Shown here: positions 23,221 to 32,068 of the stretch, piece by piece
Layout: each line of letters begins with the position of its first letter
Numbering within the stretch: the stretch's first letter is position 1
Origin: Amphiscolops sp. MND2022
Taxonomy: Eukaryota
NCBI GenBank assembly: GCA_964187785.1
Contig: OZ076412.1
Span: 46,004,001 to 46,068,000 of the forward strand
Length of the DNA stretch: 64,000 bases
Direction of reading: 5' to 3'
Notes under the pieces: model-generated
Seen by the model: only the letters and a program-made list of their open reading frames with translations
Databases searched by the model: none
What the model was told of the DNA's origin: nothing
Translations under genes and position numbers: made by a program

Positions 23221-23916
23221 CTACTCAACCTCCAGGAAACCTCCCTTCTCTGCAAGTCGCCGCAGCTGAGCCGCCCGCTCCCCCATTGTCCACAATGAAT
23301 AGAGGCGGGTCCACTGACCCCTCTCAAAACTAGTCAGCTGCGAGTAGCCACTTATGTAGGCTCGCAGCTGGAAGACGACTATTTCGCCGAGAGAGGACAG
23401 GAGAGTCTGCTCCCAACGGGCCCCCCAGTTAGCCCGCAAGAAACTAGTTAGAGCATTTGGACCGGGAGGCCCAGAAACAGAAAACCCGGGGGTACCCTGA
23501 AGGGAACTAGTTAATGAAGCCCAGTTTTCTAGGCGGTCGATATCCCTATGGGTAAATAAACCCATAAAACTTTGATCCCCCGGGCTCTCCAAAACACCCT
23601 GCGAGATGGTAGAGGGAGCTTGCGGAAAAGGGCCACTAGTCCTCGGGGCCACAAACGCCACAAAAGACCCACCCCCAGAGGTCCCTGCCTGAGAACCTGA
23701 TGACGAGGGAGCAGAAGAACTGGTGCGCGCTCCGCTCGACGAGGACGGCCCAGCTGACGACGACGATTGTGGCGGCAAAGAGGTAGCGGCAGTGCCCGAC
23801 ACAGACCCTGGAGCAGTAGTCTCCTCATCGGTCGAGGATTCTTCGTAATAGTCGCTATAGTTGTTGTTGTTGTTGTTGCTCATCCCTAAATACAAATTTG
23901 ATTTACTTAAAGTCAT
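23221..23916 (-). CDS. Antisense accessory ORF (S/G-rich N-terminus, helical W-rich C-terminus)
   Basis: 231-aa ORF in a GC-rich island that contrasts with the A/C-rich element. Minus-strand AATAAA at ~23087-23092 downstream of the stop. Confidence 0.7.
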   Translation of the reverse strand: MTLSKSNLYLGMSNNNNNNYSDYYEESSTDEETTAPGSVSGTAATSLPPQSSSSAGPSSSSGARTSSSAPSSSGSQAGTSGGGSFVAFVAPRTSGPFPQAPSTISQGVLESPGDQSFMGLFTHRDIDRLENWASLTSSLQGTPGFSVSGPPGPNALTSFLRANWGARWEQTLLSSLGEIVVFQLRAYISGYSQLTSFERGQWTRLYSLWTMGERAAQLRRLAEKGGFLEVE

Positions 23917-24157
23917 GCAAAATGTTTATAATTATTGATTGAAGTCAACCATATATGTATCACTATTCAACTTAGTCATCAGATATAAAATATAATATCC
24001 TACCCGGACATTTGTCTAGTTTACTACGACGACTCATGAAGTCGTAATCCTCTCTCCTCTACAAACACCCCCAAAAACGCAATGAAATAACTGATGATTC
24101 CATTCTCAGATTTGCTATGTTTGATGCACACACGCCACAAGGCATAACAGCTCACTG

Positions 24158-24379
24158 ATGATCATAATATTCAAAATTGACAACAGACTTTCCCAGATAA
24201 CTGATATTCAGAAGGAACCCTCAACACAGAACATAATCATACAAGCCTACGCAATCGCAGAAGAAGAGAGTGAAACCTACACGTGTGTGCCAGCATCACC
24301 TATCTACCCACTACTGGAGAGTCTACTATATAATAACACACCTACCGAAGTCTTCACAAGAGCCAAGTCAGTCCTTTAA
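24158..24379 (+). CDS. Accessory ORF B (73 aa), unknown function
   Basis: ATG overlaps an upstream TGA (TGATG). Stop overlaps the next start (TAATG). Confidence 0.65.
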   Translation: MIIIFKIDNRLSQITDIQKEPSTQNIIIQAYAIAEEESETYTCVPASPIYPLLESLLYNNTPTEVFTRAKSVL

Positions 24380-24774
24380 TGTCCTCTCCCGCAGTTGCCG
24401 TATTTCGAGGAAATAAGTACTACTTCCACACTCAATTTCAACCTCCGGTTCCTTGGAAACCTATACAACTCACGGGTGAATACGAAATACAGTCAATCTT
24501 TTACGAGATCACTACCTCGGCGATACAAGTCCGTATACTCACACCAGAAGACAAAGAAGCACTAGTCCTCTTCCCTATTCACTTCGGGTCCAAGGAATAC
24601 GCCTACCTATTCCTATCGTTCCAACAATACATACTCCAACACCCCGCTGTCCTTAAAGACAAGGCTTTCGACGACTTGGTTTATTTTATGGATATCACCC
24701 TAGTAACTAACCCCTTTGAAGAAGAGGTTAGAATCAAATATCTTCACACCCTAGTTGAGACCTATGATGTTTAA
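24379..24774 (+). CDS. Accessory ORF C (131 aa), unknown function
   Basis: TAATG-coupled ATG, element-like codon usage, stop overlapping the start region of ORF D. Confidence 0.75.
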   Translation: MSSPAVAVFRGNKYYFHTQFQPPVPWKPIQLTGEYEIQSIFYEITTSAIQVRILTPEDKEALVLFPIHFGSKEYAYLFLSFQQYILQHPAVLKDKAFDDLVYFMDITLVTNPFEEEVRIKYLHTLVETYDV

Positions 24775-25108
24775 AATACAACTCAAATTCCTCTGGCGTC
24801 ACCCGGAAACAAACACACTTCTTGAGATCCTCTCTATAGCCTGGAAAGAGAGCGCCCCCGCACTTCAGATTGAACTCCACAGCCTCCGACCACATCAAAC
24901 GGGACATTGGCTCATCCCTGTCGCAACAGACTCGACAGAAGCAGCAGATCTTGCGAAGGCGCTAACCGACTACAGGGAGATCGCTTACTTAGATCACGTT
25001 CACCCTCTGACCCTTCATCTCCTCAGCAAGCTAATCGATTTCCTCGACGCTCAGAGACGTAACAAACGCTCTCCCAGTCTAAAATCAATCAGTGATAACT
25101 ACAGCTGA
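24764..25108 (+). CDS. Accessory ORF D (~114 aa), unknown function
   Basis: ATGATG at 24764 overlaps the end of ORF C. The track's 24755 start is a TTG. Confidence 0.72.
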   Translation: MMFKIQLKFLWRHPETNTLLEILSIAWKESAPALQIELHSLRPHQTGHWLIPVATDSTEAADLAKALTDYREIAYLDHVHPLTLHLLSKLIDFLDAQRRNKRSPSLKSISDNYS

Positions 25109-25166
25109 ACCTTCACAGATGGTTGAAGTTAGTTTCTTTTACTATTTTTCTTCAGGCACTCTTTGA

Positions 25167-25588
25167 ATAGTAGTGAGGTTACTACTATAAAATTTTAACC
25201 TCCGCTTAGTGTCGTGCCAGCTAAGCTGCCGGTTTGATATTACGGCTTGCCTTTTTACGGCCTTATTTCAGGATCCATAACATTAAACTAAACTAAAAGA
25301 CAAATAAACTTCTCCTTCTCTTAGGTACGTGTGAACAGTAGTGAGGTTACTACTATAAAATTTTAACCTCCGCTTAGTGTTGTACCAGCTAAGCTGCCGG
25401 TTTGATATTACGGCTTGCCTTTTTACGGCCTTACTCCGAAACCTATACTTTAAACAAAAAACAACAATCTTTCCATAAGGCACTTTCCAATAGTAGTGAG
25501 GTTACTACTATAAAATTTTAACCTCCGCTTAGTGTCGTGCCAGCTAAGCTGCCGGTTTGATATTACGGCTTGCCTTTTTACGGCCTTA
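25167..25588 (+). ncRNA. Three near-identical 99-nt structured units separated by unrelated 69- and 56-nt spacers
   Basis: Copies at 25167-25265, 25335-25433 and 25490-25588. Stems and a pseudoknot were predicted by eye. The repeat is certain; an RNA function is inferred. Confidence 0.7.
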
Positions 25589-25656
25589 CCGTGGATCCAC
25601 ATATCTATAAAAAACATTTTTCCTGATTGATTGTCAAAGACTGAAGAATTTCAAAA

Positions 25657-27804
25657 ATGAAATTATTTTACTTACTCTTTTTATGCGCCCATTACGCGCC
25701 CGTTGTGATATTACAACGTCCAACGCCAAACCTCGCTAGCGTTGCTAAAAAACTGCGAGTAACTCATTTCGACTGCGGCGAAATGACCCAAAATAAACTC
25801 TACGCATTGAATCAAGTTGAACAATGCAATGTGGCACCTGAAAACTTAGAGGTAAGTCGTGCGAGCGTAACGTTATACACTAAACATTTCCGCCGCACTA
25901 TCAACGCCACTATGTGCCGTGTGAAACATCAGAGTGAAGAATGGCATTGTGGTTATCACGACCACTCCAGTATGTCAATCCTACACGACGGAATCACCAG
26001 CGATCTTTCCCTGTCACCCGAAACCTGCAAGGCAATGGGTGAAGGCAAAGAAGTCATAATCCATGGACAACCCCTCAAATTTAAGAAAGGAGTGAAACAA
26101 GTACAGACGAGAAACGCCAAATACGGAAAGAGTTGGGACGGTGTACGCGACCCAGATACCCGAAATGAATGCAAGACAGGTGGCTGGATCAAAAGAGAAA
26201 CATTCGAATCTCACATCCAAGATGCTGAATTATCAGTAAAAACTCGAGATGGAAAAGTCCTGACTCCGTTTCAGATGGTCCTTCCCTGCCCCTTAGAACA
26301 ACTAGGTTGCGAAACGACGTCACTGGACCCATACGCCTACACATGGGCGGAGCCCGATAATTGCGTGCTTGCAGTACATAGGAAAGAAATCGTGAACATG
26401 ATCAAACACGGATCTAACTACTATATTGTAAGCGGCAACGACTCCACTACCAAATTTTTATTCGAAGTCTACAACAGACCACAAAAGTATTGCAACAAAC
26501 CAGACGATGTATACCCGACCAACTACGAATCCCTGTACGTTTCAATCCAACTTGGTGGCTTCGACATGACGTCCGGCAGACGACTAGGCATCTCCATGGG
26601 AGAGACATCTAAACTACAATATTATTCACCCGAAGATGGTTCTGGTAATGGCCGACTCCACCTCTTTCGAGGCCCGAGCGACCCCAACCCTAATACACCT
26701 CATTACCTCAACATGGATTACGAGTTACACCAAGGGACAAAGCTTGATTATCTCTTCTTTGAGAGCACTCGTCTCCTCGAAGCTTCAGAAATCCAGCTCC
26801 TCAAAGCACAATGCGAACAAGAAAGAACTCAAATCCTTACTATTTTGATGCTATCAATGGAAAATCCTCGCCTCGCCGGATACATGCTCACGGGAAATCG
26901 CTCAATGTTCCTGAACACAGATGGCAGCCTCGCTTGGCTCTACCACTGTCCGGAATCCCACTCACCTCTTCACACGATGAACCGATGCTACGACCGCATA
27001 CCCATCTTCTACAAAGGAGTGGTTGCCTTCGTGGACCCAATCACCCGACAGACCTATCCTAACGCGAACGCCCAAAATTGCAGCGATCGCATTAAGAACC
27101 TCTTTCAATTGGATATGGAAGACAAAGACTCCTGGTTTACCCTCACTCCTTCACCCGAACATCGCGACCGACCTGCTATCTTCGGACCCAAAGACATACA
27201 ACCAATGATTACTAGATCCTTCCCTGGTTCACAAGACGCGGGAATGTATACGCCTAAACAACTCTCAGAATTTTGGGACAACATCCTCATCAGCGCAGCG
27301 TCTCGCAACGCCCTCCAGAAGTTCTCACGAGAGCTCATCACACCCTCAATGGCCCATAGTGGACCTGAATCTTTCGCGTATTATGCACCCCGTACAGATT
27401 TTTATGTTGACGGCATGATCTCACCCGATTACTTCAAAAATCAGTTCCTTGAAACATTTGGAAGTATATCTTACGTACTAGAACTCTGCGGCGCGTATTT
27501 TGGCGCCTTTCTTTTCATTAAGTTCGTAATAGATATCACGGTACTCGTCTTCCGATACTTTGAACTTCGTCACCTCACAGGTAATACACTGAGCTTCACT
27601 AAAACATTGCTCAGTGCTTCGTACAATCTTTTCTTTACTTCAGTCTTAACTTCTGTATTCACCCCGCGGGCCCCTTACGAGGATAGCGTTGAAGATAAAA
27701 ACGCGAAAACTGAAGATAATGGAAAAGAAGTAGAACTCCAAGCACTGAAGAATAAGGAAGAATCACTTTATCCCTCAGTACAGAGCTTCGTAGCTCCAAT
27801 ATAA
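25657..27804 (+). CDS. env: Envelope glycoprotein, class III fusion (chuvirus G / herpes gB-like) family
   Basis: 715 aa with signal peptide and C-terminal TM segment. Cys pattern HFDC..QVEQC, CRV..HCGYHDH, CEQER..L, LYHC, CYDRIP..FVDPITR..NC matches the recalled chuvirus-like glycoprotein pattern. Confidence 0.88.
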   Translation: MKLFYLLFLCAHYAPVVILQRPTPNLASVAKKLRVTHFDCGEMTQNKLYALNQVEQCNVAPENLEVSRASVTLYTKHFRRTINATMCRVKHQSEEWHCGYHDHSSMSILHDGITSDLSLSPETCKAMGEGKEVIIHGQPLKFKKGVKQVQTRNAKYGKSWDGVRDPDTRNECKTGGWIKRETFESHIQDAELSVKTRDGKVLTPFQMVLPCPLEQLGCETTSLDPYAYTWAEPDNCVLAVHRKEIVNMIKHGSNYYIVSGNDSTTKFLFEVYNRPQKYCNKPDDVYPTNYESLYVSIQLGGFDMTSGRRLGISMGETSKLQYYSPEDGSGNGRLHLFRGPSDPNPNTPHYLNMDYELHQGTKLDYLFFESTRLLEASEIQLLKAQCEQERTQILTILMLSMENPRLAGYMLTGNRSMFLNTDGSLAWLYHCPESHSPLHTMNRCYDRIPIFYKGVVAFVDPITRQTYPNANAQNCSDRIKNLFQLDMEDKDSWFTLTPSPEHRDRPAIFGPKDIQPMITRSFPGSQDAGMYTPKQLSEFWDNILISAASRNALQKFSRELITPSMAHSGPESFAYYAPRTDFYVDGMISPDYFKNQFLETFGSISYVLELCGAYFGAFLFIKFVIDITVLVFRYFELRHLTGNTLSFTKTLLSASYNLFFTSVLTSVFTPRAPYEDSVEDKNAKTEDNGKEVELQALKNKEESLYPSVQSFVAPI

Positions 27805-27850
27805 AGCCAAAAACATTTTCAAGTTCATTCATTCATTAGTTTACTTTTAG

Positions 27851-28432
27851 AATCTAGAACCACTATTCGACCTACCAAGCCTGGACGACGATACCCTGGA
27901 TCCTATCCCAGAAAGTGACCTAGAAATCGAACCCCTATCTCCTTCAGACTTTTTGACACCAGACTCGTCTACAACAATTACCTTCCTTCCCGACCCCCCC
28001 GACTCAACGGTCCCATCATCACCCTCAAAATCTCCAACTCCAACCTTCACACCAACGCCATCCGACCAACTCCCCTTTCCTTTGTCATTCACAGGAGACA
28101 TACCACCAATCCCGTCAACACAACATCCTCCTAGATTTGGTGGAAAGGACATCAGAAGAACCACACCACAAAAACACTATCATGAATGGAACAACGAGAT
28201 AGCCGATGAAGCACCCTTACATAACCAACATAAAAGGGAATACTTCACTAGAAAAGCCAGATACGTTAAAAAACCTAGGTTTAACGCAAACCTAAAGTAT
28301 TCTCTACTCCCACAGTTTTCAACCTGGAAAATCGTCTTTTGGGACAACAAAAGACAAGAATACACTATTGAGAACCCTGCACTGAAGGGACAGCGGCTGA
28401 CAGTTCCCTTAAGATCCATATCTGCACAATGA
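27851..28432 (+). CDS. ATG-less accessory exon (acidic, P/S/T-rich, then basic), probably spliced
   Basis: Frame opens immediately after ttcattcattagtttacttttag| and is open for 193 codons. Stop overlaps the next ATG (ATGA). Confidence 0.7.
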   Translation, partial: NLEPLFDLPSLDDDTLDPIPESDLEIEPLSPSDFLTPDSSTTITFLPDPPDSTVPSSPSKSPTPTFTPTPSDQLPFPLSFTGDIPPIPSTQHPPRFGGKDIRRTTPQKHYHEWNNEIADEAPLHNQHKREYFTRKARYVKKPRFNANLKYSLLPQFSTWKIVFWDNKRQEYTIENPALKGQRLTVPLRSISAQ

Positions 28433-29367
28433 GCAAAAAATTAAACCCAAATGCCACCCCCTTCATCCCAAAACACAAACCCTACCTACCGATCCCTAAC
28501 CCCGACTGGCCACCTATGCCTGAAGAAAACGATCAAGAAGAACATGCAAACCTCGAAGGAGTGGAAAGACTAAATATGTGGATTAGTGAATGGGAGAAAT
28601 CAACTAGTACCTATAACCAGGGAACAAAAAGCACACCGCTTCGAAAGTCCTTCCCTTTAACGGACATTAATCAACCCCAAAAGAAGTTAGAAAACCGAAT
28701 CAAACTGCTATGTACCTCAATCGAAGAGGCACGAGATAAACGTCAACAATTGGAAGTCACTATCTTCGATTTGCGAGCGACAATCAAACACCAAAGCTCC
28801 CTCCTCAGCAGAGCGAGCCAGATTGAAGCGAACGGTAAAGATTTTATCACTTGGCAAGTTTCCGCCTTCTCCACACTTTACCGAAAAGCAAGGACCTCTC
28901 CAGACGATCCCTTTCACAACATCAAAAACAGCTTCGCGAGCCCTATTTACCCAACATACCTATCAGGCTGCAAAATTTCCTTCAGAATATTCCCTTACGG
29001 GATAAACATCTTCCGTGGGACCCACTCTTCTATTAGCTGTGAACTTCATTATAGCGACTTCACTCACCCACAAACATGGCCCTTTGATAAAACAGTAGAA
29101 GTCGAAATACTTGATCAGAAGGACGAAGGCAACAAGTGGTCCACACTTTTCCCAATCAACCCCCACAACCACGAAGATACCCTTCACAATCTCTACACGC
29201 ACCCGAACCTCCTCAAAGAAGACTTCATCCCTCATACGAAGTTACTTGTCAACTTCAGAGAAGCATTCCTAAACAATGACTCTATAATATTTAGAATCAA
29301 ATTTAAGGAACCTTCCCCTCAGTCACTCGCGCTACATAACTCCCCCTTCTTTCAGTCTGACCCATAA
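28429..29367 (+). CDS. PAM2 motif + coiled coil + TRAF-C/MATH domain protein
   Basis: LNPNATPFIP at the N-terminus. ITWQV, SPIY, GTHSS, WPF, ILDQ and FLNNDSIIFRI match TRAF-C motifs. No RING or zinc fingers. Confidence 0.87.
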   Translation: MSKKLNPNATPFIPKHKPYLPIPNPDWPPMPEENDQEEHANLEGVERLNMWISEWEKSTSTYNQGTKSTPLRKSFPLTDINQPQKKLENRIKLLCTSIEEARDKRQQLEVTIFDLRATIKHQSSLLSRASQIEANGKDFITWQVSAFSTLYRKARTSPDDPFHNIKNSFASPIYPTYLSGCKISFRIFPYGINIFRGTHSSISCELHYSDFTHPQTWPFDKTVEVEILDQKDEGNKWSTLFPINPHNHEDTLHNLYTHPNLLKEDFIPHTKLLVNFREAFLNNDSIIFRIKFKEPSPQSLALHNSPFFQSDP

Positions 29368-29392
29368 CTCATTTATTTTCTTTCATCCTGCC

Positions 29393-29403
29393 AGGGGGGT
29401 GAG
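29393..29403 (+). promoter_or_regulatory. Polypurine tract
   Basis: AGGGGGGTGAG, 1 nt before the 3' LTR TG. Confidence 0.85.
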
Positions 29404-29404
29404 C

Positions 29405-31006
29405 TGTCGCGTTATGACTAACGCTTTAACAAACATAATTAGGTGCTAAAGTGCAGTTTATATTTAATTAACAAATAAAGAAACAAACATGAACTAGAAC
29501 TAACGTTTGTTTATGGGGGAGAAAGTTGTAGATGAAGATGGCGGCCATAACGATGGTAATAATGATGATGAAGTACTGTGACGAGAAAGGAATTGCACAA
29601 GTGAAGAATTCTATATTATACCGCGTATATTTGAAATATGAAACCAACTATGATTGGTGAAAGATAAGCCATGCCTGCTACGCAGCGCACGATAAGAAAT
29701 GCTTGGCTGTATATATACGGCCAACGCAGGCGAGGAGATTCACACACTTATTGAAAGGGACAGAGCTTAAACTTAAAAGCTCTCGTTTCTCTTCACTTCT
29801 CTTCCACTTCTCTCCCCTCACCCCTGCTCTTCTTTCTTACTTTACCCCCTTTCCTCTCCCTTTACTATTATCTTCCCCTTCAGACTTAGAAAGTCTATTT
29901 CTCGCCTTCACATTTCAATTCCGATTGCTATTTAACTCAACAAAACTTCTTGCTTAATAACTCAGATCCAATAATTCTCTTTTAATCATACCCTTGCATC
30001 TTAGAATATTTCTCCACTCATCCTTGATTTAACTTCAACTTCCAGAACCAATCTTCCCTTACAAGAAATTTCTAACTTAGAAATTTCTCTTCAATTTCGT
30101 CTCCGGTTTGGTGAGTCTGACTATTTGGACCTTTCAGTAGAGATTTCACTCTCTCTGAGACTTTAACTTAGACTATTTTCCGCTGATTTCAATTCTGCGG
30201 TTGACAAAATCTTAGAATATTTTCCGCTGATTTCAATTCTGCGGTTGACAAAATCTTAGATTATTTTCCGCTGATTTCAATTCGGCGGTTGACAAAATCT
30301 TACCTTAGACTATTTTCCGCTGATTTCAATTCTGCGGTTGACCAAACTATAGCTTAGACTATTCTTATTAGAACTAAATTTCTATGAGGTTGAAGTTACA
30401 TAAACTCACATAAGAAAAGGGATGATTGAAGTTTTAAAGTGTCTTATTATGAAAAAGTCTTAATGCTATTCAACTTTCTACTGAATAGAGACATCTAAAT
30501 CAAAACTCTTCCGTTTAAAATAGTACGGATTTGTAAATTTTGTTTGAGAAAAAGATTTCCGAAGAAAAAGGGAAATTCTTATTATTTGCAAATAGTTTCA
30601 TTTTCATAAATGATAAATTGTAAAAGTTATATTACTTCTTCTTGTAAAGTGAAGTTGTGATCTTTATTAATCTGAGATTTGTAACAATTGAAAGAAATAT
30701 GGCTATGTCCAGAAGTTGTTCACTTTCAATATTCTCAACTCATTCGTAATTAAACATATTTATCCACCATACATTTTCAGTAAACGGGAAGCTCATTTAC
30801 AAACACCGCCTTGCGCGACTCACGCAATTTCTTTTGTTCGCACGTACACGCAAGGCACCCCTTTATCAGTAAGTTGCTAATTTATTTGTTGGGACTTATA
30901 CTTGTTAAATCAATAACAGAACCGTCGCGAGATAGTACCTTGTAAAATGCAAACAAGGACTTGACAGATTAAAACTAATAAACAAATTTCACCCATGCGT
31001 GCGACA
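29405..31006 (+). repeat. 3' LTR (1602 bp)
   Basis: Starts TGTCGC right after the PPT and ends GCGACA, followed by the TSD CAAT. Confidence 0.97.
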
Positions 31007-32068
31007 CAATGCATGTCAAAGAACGATATTACAATTATAGCACAAATAAAATTCACTTTGCAATATTCTGATTGCAACATAGGCGGCATACATTTTTGAA
31101 ATTCTAAAAGATTTTCAATTTCTATCAGCATAGCTGAGAATCAGTTTTCAGTGAATGAACAACTTCCGAAGTGTGATGTCAAATCACAAACACATTTAGA
31201 ACCGCAGCTGACACTGCAGCAGGTTTGAGACGTTGTTTCAATTCGTTCACGTGATTGAACTTTAGGTCTAGCTCATACTGTACTGTACATTCACACTGTT
31301 AGAACTTTATCTTTTTGATTTGAGCTGAAGCTTATCTGGCGAAGCTTGGAAACAAACTAGACCTTGGGAATTCATTGGCAACAATTAATAATGGTGGAAA
31401 TAGGCATAACTTTACAGACTGATGAATATCAGCGGAGCCGAAGATAATCGAAGTCCCTTTGTAGAATATAAATCAAGCGGTCAGCTGATTGGTTCATTAG
31501 GTAAAGATAACCATGTTGGCCTTACAAACAAAAAGAGGTCATGTCAAACAACGAGATTGAGCATGCCGAATATCTGCAAAAATTTAGAACCCTCGATTTG
31601 ATTGCTATTTGAACTGGACACTTCACAAGTTGAAGCTCATTTGACACTGAATAGCAGCTGTGAACAAATCAGGGAGAAAGCAAGAATTGCATGGCTAAAA
31701 CTTAGTTCGAAACGCGGCCTTTGGAAAGTTATAAGTTCAAAAACATCATTGCTTCAAAACTCTTAATTCGAAGTTGGTCTTGTTTCTGAGCGCTCCAAAA
31801 CAACTCAATTGCTTGAAATAGCAAAAATCAAACTGAAATATCATGAAAACCATAAATACGGAAATTCATCAACTACAAAAGCTTCTTAGAACTCTGTAGA
31901 GTCACCCTACAGTATTTGTGAGCACAAGCACCAAAAATTGCGTTGTCAGAAGACTAGCATTGCAGTTTAAAAGGGCTGGATACCATGAATGCTTGTTGCT
32001 TACCGTGTCGTCAGTGACGTTGCATGTTTATTGGGCGATGAATTGAACTGATAAACTTAGCAACATAC

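Larger units (their letters stand above)
13058..31006 (+). mobile_element. 17.9-kb env-containing Ty3/Gypsy (Metaviridae) LTR retrotransposon / endogenous virus with accessory genes
   Basis: Two ~1.6-kb direct LTRs with TGTCGC..GCGACA ends. 4-bp TSD CAAT at 13054-13057 and 31007-31010. PBS and PPT present. Domain order PR-RT-RH-INT. Confidence 0.97.

Noticed and set aside
23529-23828. 99-aa alternative minus-strand frame overlapping the antisense ORF
   Set aside because: R/L-rich by-product of the GC-rich S/G codons of the 231-aa ORF.
25167-25265. Pistol, hammerhead or spliced-leader RNA identity for the 99-nt unit; let-7-like words (TGAGGT, TAGTAG)
   Set aside because: The hairpin with a fully paired 6-nt loop resembles pistol P1/pseudoknot, but P2 and the GCG/GU core are missing. 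There is no CUGAUGA/GAAA on either strand, no canonical AU4-6G Sm site, and the let-7 words are permuted with no seed match.
25167-25588. CRISPR array interpretation of the repeat-spacer-repeat pattern
   Set aside because: Repeats are 99 nt, spacers are unequal and A-rich, there are no cas genes, and the context is a eukaryotic retroelement.
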